Source: Craspedostauros australis
Lineage: Eukaryota
DNA: 64,000 bases
Assembly (NCBI GenBank): GCA_030167865.1
Contig: JALAGF010006284.1
Location: 1 to 64,000 of the forward strand
Direction: 5' to 3'
Shown: positions 11,387 to 23,863 of the stretch, in pieces
How the letters are laid out: each line of letters starts with the position of its first letter
Numbering within the stretch: position 1 is the first letter of the stretch
Notes under the pieces: generated by a model
Database searches by the model: none
What the model saw: the letters and a program-made list of their open reading frames with translations, nothing else
Told to the model about the DNA's origin: nothing
Program-made: the position numbers and the translations under genes

Positions 11387-11750
11387 ACTGCAGTAAGCCA
11401 ATAGAGAAGGGCTCAATGTTGACGATAGTGCCGCTTGCCGTCCGTTCATGAGTTTAGAGGCCTGGCCAAGTCATCGCCATCGTTCTGCAGACAAGTAAAC
11501 CACGTGCTGCTTGGAGCGCCCATGTCTTCAAAATATAATGTTCTAGAAGGTAGAGGCAAGTGCATGCCTCGCTGGAGTACGCTGTAAGAGTAGACTGGAG
11601 TGTTACAAAAGTCACGTGATAACATGTCGGTCTATGGGTATTGGTGTTTGTTGTGTAATATGTAGAGTATAGTGTTTACAGAGTGATGCATGTGTATGGG
11701 GTGTGGAGACGCGGACTTTTGTTTGGGACAGTTGTGCTTTGCACGATTGA

Positions 11751-13493
11751 TTAATCGCCTCTCGCGACCATGGGATTCCATTGGAAGTTGAGGTCGTCCA
11801 ATAGCCGGATGCGCTCCTTGGTCATGTGAGACTTGACGCCTTCCGCGAGCTTGCGGTACTGGCGGCGTTGGTTCGTCACCCACAGACCGAGCTTGCGGTA
11901 CGTTCCCGACTTTTGTGGCACGGAGGCAGTTCCGTGGATGTTGTAATAGTCGACGAGGCTGCGGTACTGCTTGAGCCAGACGACCTGCTCCCTGCCGGGG
12001 CGAGGATTCCAGTCGAAGCCCAGCTCCTTGAGCTTGCTGATGCGTTCGTCCGTGATGGGCGATTGCTTGCCCGCCTGCCTCAGCTTGAACTGGTACCGCT
12101 GCGTCTTGACCCAGCCGGCCAGGACCTTGTCGCCGTAGGCCTGCGGGACGTTGCAATGTCCGTACTTGTTGCGGTACTCTCGCAGGTCCTTCAGCTTGAG
12201 CTCCCACTGTTCCATGTACTTGGTGGGGATGGTCGTCTGCGACTTGTCATCGGATGATGAAGCTGCTGCCTTGGCCGTCGCGGCTTTTCTGGCGTTGTTG
12301 CTGTTCTTCTTCTTGTTGGTCTTGGTCGAGGAGGAGCTCACAACGGATGGCGTGTGGCATGATGTCATGTTGGGCGAAGCTGCGCTTGGGGAGGTATGCG
12401 AAGCAGTGTGCGGTTGGCTGCGTTCGGCCGTGTCCACCATGAGCGACTTGTCATCGCTGTGGCTGCCTTCTTCGGAGGACATGGTCACGTCGTCCTTGAC
12501 AGCGTTGTTGTTGGTGGTGGTGCGGATGATCTTGCCAACCAGTGTGGTGGGTGCGGCTGGCGTGATTTCGTGCTTGCCCACCAAATGCTTGGCTTCGTTG
12601 GAACCGGTGGGGGCGGTTGTTTGGGGTTTTGCGCTCTCCAGCTCGTCTGCCGCTGCCTTGGCTTGAAGGCGATGGGCAAGCGACGATGCCAGGGGTCTCT
12701 GATGGGGTGGCAAGGCACCGAAGCTGCGAGCCATGAGCATGTCGTGACAGTCCTTCTGACGCATCTGGGCCTCGTACAGTGCCATTGATGCATGCTGTCT
12801 ATCTGCCTCGGCCGCAACCCTAGTTGCCATGGATGGCACGTAGGCTGGTTCCACGAACGTTGGCACGGCGCACGCATGAGAGCGCGACAAGGAGGCCTGT
12901 TGCAGCGATGCCAGTCTCTGCTCGTAGAGGGCTTGGTACGCCTTGATATCCACCAATGACTTGGCGATTGGCTGTTGCATGTAGGTGCCCGGGAAGTGGC
13001 TAGCAAGCCCGGGATGTCTAACAGCTCCCCCGAGGAAGGGGGACATGAAAGCGCTGGGGTCTAGGCCGGTCTGCGATTCTGGCGCCAGAACGTAGGCAGC
13101 TGGAATCACCAGGAGCGAACTGCCAACATGTGCAGGTGCGGCGCCTGGGGCTGTAGCTGCTGCCAGTGCCGCGCGTGCGTGAGCCTGTTCCCGCAGCTGC
13201 ATTGCAAGGTGTGATGAAGGGTAGCCCATTGTCAGGGCTGCTGCGTCCTGCGGCATCATCGGCTGCAGTGATGGGTGTGCGTAGGATGCTGGCATTGCTG
13301 TTGGTCGATGCAGCAGACTCTCGTGAGCAGCAACAGGAGCGGCAATAGTTGGCGGTGGCAGAGATTCCTTCATGCTCATGTTAGTTGGAGCTGGGATCCC
13401 CGAGGCAGCTTTGTGCAGAGCGGCCAGCTCGGTTGCTGCGTCCAAGTCGGCTGTTGTGCTGCGGCTGAGCATCATCTTCTTTGGTGGTGTCAT
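11751..13493 (-). CDS. Helicase-associated (HA) domain protein, two C-terminal HA repeats (putative DNA-binding regulator)
   Basis: Two repeats 'W...L..Y...GHCNVP....LAGWV..QR........ERI..L..LGFDW'; the N-terminal ~420 aa are low-complexity A/P/S/Q. Confidence 0.88.
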   Translation of the reverse strand: MTPPKKMMLSRSTTADLDAATELAALHKAASGIPAPTNMSMKESLPPPTIAAPVAAHESLLHRPTAMPASYAHPSLQPMMPQDAAALTMGYPSSHLAMQLREQAHARAALAAATAPGAAPAHVGSSLLVIPAAYVLAPESQTGLDPSAFMSPFLGGAVRHPGLASHFPGTYMQQPIAKSLVDIKAYQALYEQRLASLQQASLSRSHACAVPTFVEPAYVPSMATRVAAEADRQHASMALYEAQMRQKDCHDMLMARSFGALPPHQRPLASSLAHRLQAKAAADELESAKPQTTAPTGSNEAKHLVGKHEITPAAPTTLVGKIIRTTTNNNAVKDDVTMSSEEGSHSDDKSLMVDTAERSQPHTASHTSPSAASPNMTSCHTPSVVSSSSTKTNKKKNSNNARKAATAKAAASSSDDKSQTTIPTKYMEQWELKLKDLREYRNKYGHCNVPQAYGDKVLAGWVKTQRYQFKLRQAGKQSPITDERISKLKELGFDWNPRPGREQVVWLKQYRSLVDYYNIHGTASVPQKSGTYRKLGLWVTNQRRQYRKLAEGVKSHMTKERIRLLDDLNFQWNPMVARGD

Positions 13494-16400
13494 GGTGAGA
13501 TTGCTGTAATGTGCGTACGAGTATGGTATCGTTGGCTTTAACTGAGGTTGCCTGTGATGTTTGGATGGTGGATGTGTGCAAGTTGATGAGCTTGATGATT
13601 TATGAGAGCAAGAAGGCGTGCAAAATCAAATCAACAGCCATCAGTGACAGCAGCAGTTGTACAAGGAAGGGCGCTGGGAACAAGCAACCTCCTTGGAAGC
13701 AGAAGACCACCACGCACGCTTCTGGAATCCTCCTCGCGGATAATTCTCTCCCTTGGACAAGATAACCGGCAAAAATGGATGATCCTTGCATAGCGCACAT
13801 GTTTGCATTCGCAAATGTTCCACGGAGATCACGGTATCGTACAACCGGTACAACGGTTGGCCATCCCTGGAGCTGCGAAGAACGCCGTGCAGTGTTGTCA
13901 TCCGCTCATGGCAAGGGGCGTTGACTGCATGCGAATACAGCATAGTGCATTGCCAAATCAATCCATCCATACGCACATCAAGACCATCTTCCCCTTTCAT
14001 GCTGCGTTGGCATCCTGACTTACTTGGCTGGTGATTGGTGCTGATCCCTGCTCCTGATGTGAACTGAATTACAATGTGTTTGCAAGTATTGCTCGTGCGC
14101 TTTGTGAGGGATGAGACACACCTCTCTTGGGAGAGAGCTTGTGTGTATGAGTATGAGGATACTTATCCTGTTACCCTTGGTGTCAGAGCCAAAGTCAAAA
14201 GCCAGAGATCACGATCGTTGTTATGCTGAGTCGAGAGGCCGATCTTGCGAAAAGAGATGTACAATGATTGGTACGAACTGTGTTCAGCTGTTCAAATGTT
14301 ACTGAGGGTGAAGTGAATGTTCGCCACCTGGAGCTGTGTTGTACAGGTGCAAGTATAGTAGAATAGATCCTATGGTATGTAACACAGCACACGAGTGATC
14401 CGCTCTCCCCGCTTTGGTCTTTCCCTCCAGAGATGAGGTTGTGGATGATGCCGAAAGATGCTCGTGCAGTTCGAGATGTGGGAAGATGATGGTGCTGATG
14501 ACGATAACGCCGATGATTGCAATGAGCACGAATGGTAGTTGTGGGGAAGAGATGCACGAGTCCGAGCACGAACACGATGATGAACGGTATGGTACCTCGC
14601 CAACGAAGGGAGTTTGGATCAATTCGCCTTGTTTGTGATGGTGGTTGTTGCTGCGAATACAACCAACTCTTTCCCAGTTTATGGTTTGGCACGGTTTCCT
14701 ACTGTTCTGATGGGGTTGTCTACCTCTCTTTCCCCCTTGATTTGATGGGAAATGGAGATGTCGGCGATAGATGGTCGATGTTCGCAAGTTCGGCACGAAT
14801 GGCTGAATGGAATTGCGCGCATCTTGTGGAGGGCTCATCGCCTCCACCTCCACGCATCCCTGAACACTAACCGAACTGTTGCTGTCAGGTCATTTCTGAC
14901 GAAGGTGGGGGGCGATTCATGTGCGTTCCGAGACCATCACGCACGAGTGCATGTTTCGGCGTTACGACGCTGGGAGCGTTTCCTGTACCAAGGCTTCAGT
15001 TCGCTTCTCCCAGCCATCGTGGTTCTCGTCTCCGGAGTCGAACTTGCATTTCTTTCTTCGTGTTTGCTATCGTTGTCTACGCTTGTCCCACATCGTCACT
15101 CGTCCAATTCACCCACAAGCGCGATGTTGATCGCGCATTGCCATCCTTGATCCGGTTTTACGCACGTCGGTGTCCTTGCACATCGCCGAGAAAGGGTCCA
15201 ACATGGCTCAGGGAACTCATTGGAATGGGATTCTGGTGCCGAAATGATATTTTGGAGTGCGCGACGAACTGCGCGGATGGCGCAAGACTTATTGCAAGCG
15301 CAATGCCTCCAGTACCCGGAACATGTCACAGCAACGATTGATAACGATCTTCCTCATCCGAATCCCACAAGCTAGCCGGTGAAATGAGTATGTGTTCGCG
15401 TATGTTGGTCGACGAATGTTTCGCACGATCTCTCCCGTTACCACTTTGATGACAAATCATACGCAAGAGTCACCCATGCCCACGACACATTTTCCTACCG
15501 TGTGGCATAGTGGTCGCGAGCTATTTGTGTGCACTGGTACGAGAAAATGTCTGTGTTGTTTCGGTACCGATGCTCATAGATACTGTTAGCACATACGACT
15601 ATGAATAGCACTGACAGAGGAGAGCAGAGCAGAGCAGAAACAAGTGAAGGAGAGCAGAGCATTCAATGCTCGCACCTGTGGAGCAATAGGAAACGGCAAC
15701 ACGCGTGAGGACAAGTGAACGTGTGGAGTCTCGAGGTGAGAAGCCACGAGAAGGACACGGTGGTTGCTCTGTCACCAGTCCATGCTGACCGGAGAGGTCA
15801 TTGATACGCGCACGAAGCCAGAACACGAACAGGAGCAGCGAAGCACGATGATGGCGTGGTGAAGTGCTGTCGTCTATTCCTCGCAGGTGCTTGCATGCAT
15901 GTTGTTCGCTGCTGGTACATCATCTCGCTTTGCTGAGTGTGGGAGTCTCCCTCTCTCTACTTTTGGTCTTGGTCTCCGGCATGGCGACCCGCAACTCAGG
16001 TTCACAGCTGATCCACACAGCGTCGTATAAAAACGGGAATTGTTATCCTGGCCGGATTTGTCGCTCCAAGCAGTGATCAACGTACAAAGAAAACGACAAG
16101 ATTCTTGGATGTTTGATCCCGATGTCCGTTGCCGATCTTCGGTGTTTCGCTTTGTCCACGCTGCCAGTTCGTCGAGAGCTTCCACGACATCTCCGAATGT
16201 CGCATCGCTCCTCCCCGCATCTGCCACTCAACTGCGATTGTGCGTAAACTGCACAGCTCGAGGCTTTGTCTCCATTTTGGCACCTCAATCGAGTGTCAAA
16301 GCGTATCACAGGTACCGGTGGCAGATGGGCTGAGAGACAGAGAGTGAGCGAGGCGCGAGAACGAACAACCAAGAGAAGGGATTGGAGCCGGCCAACTGGT

Positions 16401-17540
16401 GCTCGTAGCTCGTACACATGCGATGGGAGGTACCCTGCACTTCGGGCGAGAGTCACGAAGCGCAGAGCGATAATCCATGTTGACCAGTACCTGGTAACCT
16501 GCGCGCGTCATGTTCCAGACAGGTCACTGTGCTACGGATGATCCAGCCGCTCTTGCGCAAAGGCATTGGTACGATACGCAATTAGAGCGCCCGCGTATTA
16601 TAGAGCGCCCTTCTGCTTCAGGGATGTGGAAAAGCACGAGTAGCGTCCCCATGACCAGTGAACACCGCGGATGGCAAAGGGCAACACGAACCTGGCGGGA
16701 TCAAGAGAGACGGTCACACACGAAGCGAGAACGAGAGCAACATCAAGGAGAACGAAAGACAGAGAGAGGCACGGTAGAGGGGTGCATGGATGAAAGGCGG
16801 ACAGGAAAGACTACGAAGGAGCAGAGGAGCACATCTCTCTCCCTCTCTCTCACACACACTTGTAACTCGTATACCTGATTGAAGAGAAGTCTCCCAACAA
16901 CAGAAGAGGATCGAAGAGATGGCGGTTTCACAACACCAACCAACATCACGCTGGGATGTACTCATGGGTCACACGAGCCAGAGAGCAACTCTTCTGACCC
17001 TTGCCGCTTCGTTTGTCTATGTGTTTGTTCGCGGTCCTTCCCCTTTTTCGCAACCTAGCTCATACGAGCAACAATGCCCAACAAGGAAGGCAATCTCATC
17101 ACGCACGAAACACATGCGGTGTGTGATAGCTCGGATGCCACGAACTGTCTTGGAAGTGGAGCCACGGAGGGCCACCCGAACGTGTATCTTCCAACCTGAG
17201 TTGGCACTTTCCCGGATCCACACAACATGCCGAAAGTGTCACACATCGGTCATCGCTGTGGTAGTTGCTTTGCTCTCGATCAATGTCAGTCACACAAATC
17301 AACACATTCGTGACGATCTCAACATCAAGCACAATCCTCGAGTACGAGCTACTCGTGCAAGTGCAGGTACGGTACTGTGCGGGAACATGCTCTATTCATT
17401 CGTTCGTTCATTCGCTATCGAGAGAGAGAGAGAGACGCGCTGCCATACGCGTAAGCATGATGTAACAGAGTATTATATTATACTCTATTCTGTACGAGAA
17501 TACTATGTATTGTGCCATTGTGCAGAAGAGCAGATCAGCA

Positions 17541-18503
17541 TCAAGCCGAGACGCGGCTGCCAGAGTGTCTCACACGGCACAACGGGCAATGGAAGGCTCT
17601 GCCGTGAAAGTCTGTCATCTCTTGAAGGCACGAAGAGCAAAGTGTGTGCCGGCAACCTGACAATTCCTTCATCTGATCCGGCTCAAAGTCTTCCAGACAC
17701 ACGGGACATTCTTGTGTCGTCGCTTCCGGTTCCTCGGGGCCCCTTGGACTTTCGATGGAAGAGACCTCGCCCATGAAGCGGGTGATGAGAGCTGTGAGTC
17801 TTGTATGAATGCGTGACCGTTTGCGCAGAAAGCCATTGCCGGTCTTCTGGTGCGGAAAAGGACCACAATCGAAGCGATCTGGCAACAGCAACAGGTCGAA
17901 CCTATTGCTTGTGACATCCTTGATGATGACATCCCGATCGCTCTCATTTATCGTTGCAATACCCGGCAGCACACGCATGAGGAAGACGCCGATCACTTCC
18001 TCCTTCGAGCTTGTGCATGCGTTGATCAGACTGTGGAATCGAGGCAGGTCCACGATGCTAACTTTCGTGGACCTACTGAGAATGGCATTGATGCAATCCT
18101 TAAAATCGGACAGCACCCTGCTCTTCGGGACATGAAACATCGATGGAAGCTCCAAGGGCCGCGCTCTCACGTTGTCCAAAGCGTGCCCGGCAACATCGGT
18201 GAACAGCGCGTAAATGTCTTGCCAGCTGCAGACGCCGAGCGAAAACTTGACGATGTCCAATATTTCATTCTGCATCTCTTCCCCATAGGCATGATGCTGG
18301 AGCAAGTCGAAGATGACGACCCTCAGCACATCCTCCGAAGGCAAGGAGCGGAATGTTTCCAGCAAGGCCAGAGTTTGCACTTTCGACAGGTTGAGGGACT
18401 GCGCTGGCCTCATGAAGGTGGCGATCCACAACCCGTGCGCCGTCGCCGCGATGGGCAGCGTCGGCTCCTCCGTCTTCTGTTTGCGTCTCAGCAGGAACGG
18501 CAT
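17541..18503 (-). CDS. RING-HC (C3HC4) zinc-finger protein, putative E3 ligase
   Basis: C-terminal CPVC-x14-CRH-x2-CSSC-x13-CPLC; first ATG (ACCATG) at 18503; an upstream exon cannot be excluded. Confidence 0.72.
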   Translation of the reverse strand: MPFLLRRKQKTEEPTLPIAATAHGLWIATFMRPAQSLNLSKVQTLALLETFRSLPSEDVLRVVIFDLLQHHAYGEEMQNEILDIVKFSLGVCSWQDIYALFTDVAGHALDNVRARPLELPSMFHVPKSRVLSDFKDCINAILSRSTKVSIVDLPRFHSLINACTSSKEEVIGVFLMRVLPGIATINESDRDVIIKDVTSNRFDLLLLPDRFDCGPFPHQKTGNGFLRKRSRIHTRLTALITRFMGEVSSIESPRGPEEPEATTQECPVCLEDFEPDQMKELSGCRHTLCSSCLQEMTDFHGRAFHCPLCRVRHSGSRVSA

Positions 18504-19727
18504 GGTTGGTGGCTTGCTTCCCAATCCAGCGGGGTCTCCCAGTATGGTATTACACAAGCGGGTGTTGCACGAGTACAGAGGGCAGCTGCTGAAGCTCCGT
18601 GCTTCGACTTGTAATGCGGCGTGGCACCTGCTTGTGTCAGATTCCAGAGCCTGTCGTTTGGGCTGTTTGGTGCACCCCGTTTGCCGTGTATTCAGACCAT
18701 GATCGCATGCGGCCCATTTTTGGTGGTGCGATCATGGTGGCCTTCGGTACCAGCGTGGCGCATGATGGCGAGAGCGTGCGATCAACCCTGTAGACACGCA
18801 AATTCCTTTGTGTGCGGATCGTGATGTGGCGTGACACCTGAAGCACGCTGCGTTCTCGTCCCAAAGCAACCAACCGAACAACACGAGCTTCCACATCGCA
18901 CGAGTACTCTGCTGCAATAGGCAATACGTGTTTGGGGCACAGCGATGATTGCTTGTGTTTTGCCCACGGCGCAAACGTCAAACCAGAAACACGTTTGCGA
19001 ACCCCGAGGTTGAATCGTGTCTATCTAGAGAAGAACAGAAAAGATGAGGAGCTCAAATAGCGCTCAGTTGGTTTCACACCACTCGTTTGAATCAATCGTT
19101 GGAAGAGCCGCATTTATCCGCTGTGACATCACCAATTAAGCCCAGCTGTTTGCTGACAGTCGTGAAAGAGCGGGATTGTCCCGACATTAGGATTCGCAAC
19201 AGCGATGCAGGAAAGTGGCAGTTTTAACGGTCAGTTGCACAACCAAGCAGGAAGAATGGTAAAAGAAGAAATGATCGAACCACGACACACGCGCACAACA
19301 GAGCGAGAAAAGTGAAAGCGACACAGAGCAAGAAGCGCATTTGCGCATGCTGTCGCTGGAGCAACAACCCACCAGTACCGCCCACGCCAAGAAGCGAATG
19401 CAACTTGGCAACGAGCAAGAAACACAAAAGCGACAGGTGAAACAAAGAAGGGCAAGCAAGAAACCACAGCGGAGCATTGTCATTGGCACAGTGGACCAAG
19501 AAGATAATTCTTCAAGCAAGACAACATCTCTGGCAAGACGACGAATTGAGCGGGCACCTGTGGCTGTACTCTCTGTGGGTGTTGTGCTTGAAAGTTCCCA
19601 ACGACCAGATTTACAATCGCGAACACAAGAGTGCAGCATTGCTTCGGCCCATTCTTTCTCGGAAGCGATCGGAAGCTATCCACTGCGTTGCACACCAAGC
19701 ATACCCGTAGGAGCATAGCAAGACAAG

Positions 19728-21563
19728 ATGGCGCATCTACTGAGCATGAACAACTACCACCGGCCGAAGGAGGAGGAGGAGGAGATGGCTTCGGCCATGA
19801 GCCCTCTACCGCCGGGATCTAGACGGCCACGGCAACGATCACCACCACCACCGATGATGATGATGATGGGCAACGAGCAGGAGCAGCCACGTTCGAGATC
19901 CAACGCTGGGCCGTCCTCCGCGACGCGGTTGGAGAACTTCACGCGCAGTCTGCCGCAGAGGACCAAGTCCAGCCAGGACACGAGCCGCAACTACCGCATG
20001 GAGTCCATGACGTCCAAGATGAGCCGCGTCTCGGAAGACGGATCGTCGAGCAGCGCATCGCAGCGTCCGGCCGTGTCGTCGCCGCCGCCGCGCGCCAAGA
20101 GCAGCATGTCGGCCTTGCAGAGCATGTCCGCATCCGCTGCGAGGCGCAGACCGGCGCAGCGCAACAGCCTGTCACGGCGGCAGCCCGAATCGGATGCGTC
20201 CGATGATGCCCGAGGCTTGCCCGGCAGATCCAAGTCGTCGTCGTTGGCGATGATGCGAACGGCACCCAGCGCCCGCAGTCGAGATGGGGGCCGACGCAGT
20301 CCGCAGGAAGCCGATGCGCAGCCGCCCGCGACCAGAAATGCGCCAAGACGACAGCTCAAGAAGCAACAGACGACGACGACGCCATCCAGCGAGGAGGGTG
20401 CATCGGATCTCACCTCCATGTTCCAGCAAGCCATCCAGATGGAGCAAAGCGGAGGCAAATTCGAGGCCGTCATCCAATCGGCTCGCCGCACGCCCGTGGC
20501 ACGCACCAAGAGCGACAGCGTCGCCGTCCTGGCCAACGCCAGTCGCCAGAGGCACATGCAGCGCACCAACCGATCGGTTCTGCCAGCACGTACGCACATG
20601 TCCGATAAGCGTGCCAAATCGGATGTGCGAGCCTTGCCGCAGCATGACAAGCAACCGAAGCAGGATCTGCTGCAGGCCGCGCGCCAACGTCGGCAGAACT
20701 TCGTGCAGGACGACGTCGTTCTGGACAGCGACAGCGACGACAGCGATGTTTCCAGTTCTGATGAAGAGGAGGTGGTTCAGATTCGGAAGCATTCCAATCG
20801 CAGCGGCAATCATCAGGGATCTGGCGGCAATCGCCAGAGATATGGCAGCAATCACCAGGGATATGGCAGGAGCCACAACAACAAGCACCAGAGACAGAAC
20901 AAGGCCATGCCGGACAGCGACAGCGACGACAGCGATGATGAATATGATCAATTCGATGACGTTGCCGACCTCCCGGAACGTCCCAAGATGGAGAAGACGC
21001 TGTCCTTCTCCTCCGTCTTTTCCGATCCCCTCATGGATGACGAGGTCAACTACACGCAGTCCAAACGCAGCGTCATCCTCACGCGCAAGGAATCCGTCAC
21101 GGCGCGCTCCTTGCGTTCCAGCACATCCAACCACACGCGCCAGACCATCTCCACAGCGCAGACCACCAGCCTCCTCTGGATATTCTGCCAGCTCGAGAGC
21201 AGCGACGAAGTCATCACGCTCTACGACGTCCCCAGCACATGCACCTTCCAGGAGGTCCTCGACTTGCTCTGGGAGAAGCTCGTCACATCGTCATCGCTCA
21301 TCCAGCAGCGCCCTTCCCTCGTGCGACAACGCACGTGTCCCGCCGACATCTCTCTGCTGCTGGATTCTGCCGAGGCCGCGTGGTGCAACGCCACCGTCAA
21401 GATCCCGTTGCCGCTCAAACAAAACTGCCACAAGACCATTGAACGGCTTTTGCAGATTCATTATTTGGGCATCAAGGAAGATGCCACCACCTCCAAGAAG
21501 AAGGGCAAGGCGTCGCAGCAGATGGCGTTGCCGGATATTGTCACGTTGCATATGGATCTGTGA
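19728..21563 (+). CDS. Hypothetical S/R/D-rich largely disordered protein with a small C-terminal globular domain
   Basis: 611-codon ORF with coding-like GC3; duplicated DSDSDDSD motifs; hydrophobically patterned C-terminal ~130 aa. Confidence 0.65.
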   Translation: MAHLLSMNNYHRPKEEEEEMASAMSPLPPGSRRPRQRSPPPPMMMMMGNEQEQPRSRSNAGPSSATRLENFTRSLPQRTKSSQDTSRNYRMESMTSKMSRVSEDGSSSSASQRPAVSSPPPRAKSSMSALQSMSASAARRRPAQRNSLSRRQPESDASDDARGLPGRSKSSSLAMMRTAPSARSRDGGRRSPQEADAQPPATRNAPRRQLKKQQTTTTPSSEEGASDLTSMFQQAIQMEQSGGKFEAVIQSARRTPVARTKSDSVAVLANASRQRHMQRTNRSVLPARTHMSDKRAKSDVRALPQHDKQPKQDLLQAARQRRQNFVQDDVVLDSDSDDSDVSSSDEEEVVQIRKHSNRSGNHQGSGGNRQRYGSNHQGYGRSHNNKHQRQNKAMPDSDSDDSDDEYDQFDDVADLPERPKMEKTLSFSSVFSDPLMDDEVNYTQSKRSVILTRKESVTARSLRSSTSNHTRQTISTAQTTSLLWIFCQLESSDEVITLYDVPSTCTFQEVLDLLWEKLVTSSSLIQQRPSLVRQRTCPADISLLLDSAEAAWCNATVKIPLPLKQNCHKTIERLLQIHYLGIKEDATTSKKKGKASQQMALPDIVTLHMDL

Positions 21564-21890
21564 TGGCGTGGAATGGCGTACGTAGAGTAGCGAATGTAAT
21601 GGTAGAGTGGAATTCTGTCGTCGCACTAATACCCACAGTGGTGTGTGTACACCCTTGGTGGCAATCGTCATTGTCATTGCAAAGAGGAACTCGTAGTTTG
21701 TGTGGCATGTGTCTACTTGACAGTAGAGTAGAGTGGAGTAGGAGAGTATTCTATTTACAACATGATCTGCTCCTGTCTCGATCTACGCTGAAAATGCCGA
21801 CGTGATCAACGAGCTGACGGTTGAGACAGACAGCGATCTACGAGCATGCGACGTGGCAGAAGCAGCATCTTCATCATCCACCGCCTCCAT

Positions 21891-23597
21891 TCAATCCTTC
21901 TTGCCGGCGCTGATCATGATCTCGCTCTCCTCGTGGATGGCATCGACGAAGACCTTCACCAACGCCGGGCTCTCCTTGCCACCAAGACCTTCCCCGAGAT
22001 TGGCAATCAGTTTCTCCGGTCCCAAAACCTCGAGCATCTCCTTCGCGGTCTGTCGCACGGTCTCAGGCGTCTTGCTGCCATCGTCGATCATCTCGCGTGG
22101 ATCGTAGTTGCCCTGCAACGTCACATCGTCACCAATAACGGCGCGTGCCGTGGCGCGATCGACCTCACCGTCGATGGTGATGACATCGAATCCGCGCTTG
22201 GCCAGCTCGGCGTTGGCAAAGCTGGCGCCGCGGCTGAACACCATCAGCGGCACGTCGGGGAAGCGCACCTTCAGCTCCGCCTCGATCTGCTCGAGGCACG
22301 GCATGGCGAACTTGTAGAAATTCTCCTCGTCGATCATCATGCCCATGGCCTCGAAGATCTGCAGCATGTGCGCGCCCTGCTCGACCTGCGCCGACATGTA
22401 CTCGACGACGATCTTGGTCAGCGTCTGCAGCAGCGTCGTGGATTCCTCGGGGTGCTCCTGCAGCCACTTCATGCCGAGCTCCGTGTTCTTCTTGGACGAT
22501 CCGCCGACCATGTAAAACAGGAGGGTCCACGGCGCGGCCGAGAATCCGATGAGCGGGATGGACTTATCCTCGGCCTCCATCTGGGAGCGGATCTGACGCA
22601 CGGCCTCGAAGACGTGTCCCAGCTTGTCCTCAACGAAGGCTGGCGTGATGTCGTCGAGGGATGGGATGCGGGCCGCCACGTCCTCCGGTGCCTTCAATGG
22701 GTTCGGTACGAGGATGCCGACGCCGCCCGGCATGGTCACCTCGATGCCCAAGGCTTCGGCGATGACGAGGATGTCGGAAAACAGGATGGCGGCGTCCACG
22801 TCGTATCGTCTCAAAGGTTGCATGGTGCATTCCGCCACGCTCTGTTGTCCATCGCGCAATGGAATGTTGGCGGCGGCAGCGACAACGCAAGGCAGTACGG
22901 ATCAGAGTATCATCGCAATTTTGAGAATCGTGAGAATCGAATGCTGTTTTTTTCATTGGAATGGCACGTACGCCGTCGTAATGAAGAACAACACAACACA
23001 ACGCAACGCGAAGGCAATTGCCCCTGTCCTTGCCAGAGTGCAATCCACGTACACTGCTCTATTCCGTGTGGAGCAGAATACTGCAGAGTACTGCCAATTG
23101 TGCTCAGACGCGTACGTATGCGCAGAAGTAGGCACACATCCTACTATGCACCTCGCTCACCATAGCGCACTTACATCCGGATACGCCAACAGATCCAAAA
23201 AGTTGCGCCCCGTCTCCTCCTTGTAAGACTGGTACTCCGGCAGATGGCGCCCGGCCTGTCGGAACAACCACAGCGGCGTCTTCTCCACAGGCTCTCCCAA
23301 AGCCGCGCGGATCATGAGATCGTTGGCGGGACGTGGGTGGGTCTTGTATTCAGACTTGCGGTCCTTGTCGAAGTTGATTTCGAAGAGCTTGTCGCTACTT
23401 TCACTGGATGCTGCGACGGCATTGCCCGACATGCCCTCCAGAATGATCTTGCGCGTCAATTCCAAATCCTCTGCGGCGGTGGCGGCGCCCGACAGATGAC
23501 GGCCGCGCTGTGTGAATGCCGTCGGCGATTGCGGGGCAACGAAGGCGTCTGCAGCGCATGGCAGCAGTAGGAGGAAGGCGGCGGCGGATATCTTCAT
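21891..23597 (-). CDS. hemE: Uroporphyrinogen III decarboxylase, plastid-targeted; exons 23597-23175 and 22841-21891
   Basis: '[15 protein letters not shown]', '[10 protein letters not shown]', '[12 protein letters not shown]', 'LQGNYDP'; signal '[22 protein letters not shown]'; phase-0 intron gtaagt...cag. Confidence 0.95.
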
Positions 23598-23653
23598 TGT
23601 GATCGAGAGAAATATAGTCGAGCAGAGTAGAGTAGATTGGAGTGGAAGTATCG

Positions 23654-23697
23654 ATTCAATTCAATTCAATTCAATTCAATTTGGTTTGGTTTGGTTT
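23654..23697. repeat. (TTCAA)n followed by (TTTGG)n pentamer repeats in the hemE 5' region
   Basis: ttcaattcaattcaattcaattcaatttggtttggtttggttt is directly visible. Confidence 0.8.
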
Positions 23698-23863
23698 GCG
23701 TTGGAACAGAGAAGTGTGATTGTGACTATGATTGTGAGCTGAGATGACAGTTGCGGATCTGCGGAACCCAGTCCAAACGACAACAAACAATCACCGACGA
23801 TGGTGAGGTTCGCGTCGGTGCGTCACATCCACAAAAAGATGTGTTGTTGAAGTTGTTTCCTGT

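Noticed and set aside
16919..17776. 285-aa plus-strand ORF
   Set aside because: Runs through AT-rich and microsatellite sequence and overlaps the RING gene 3' end; no domain.
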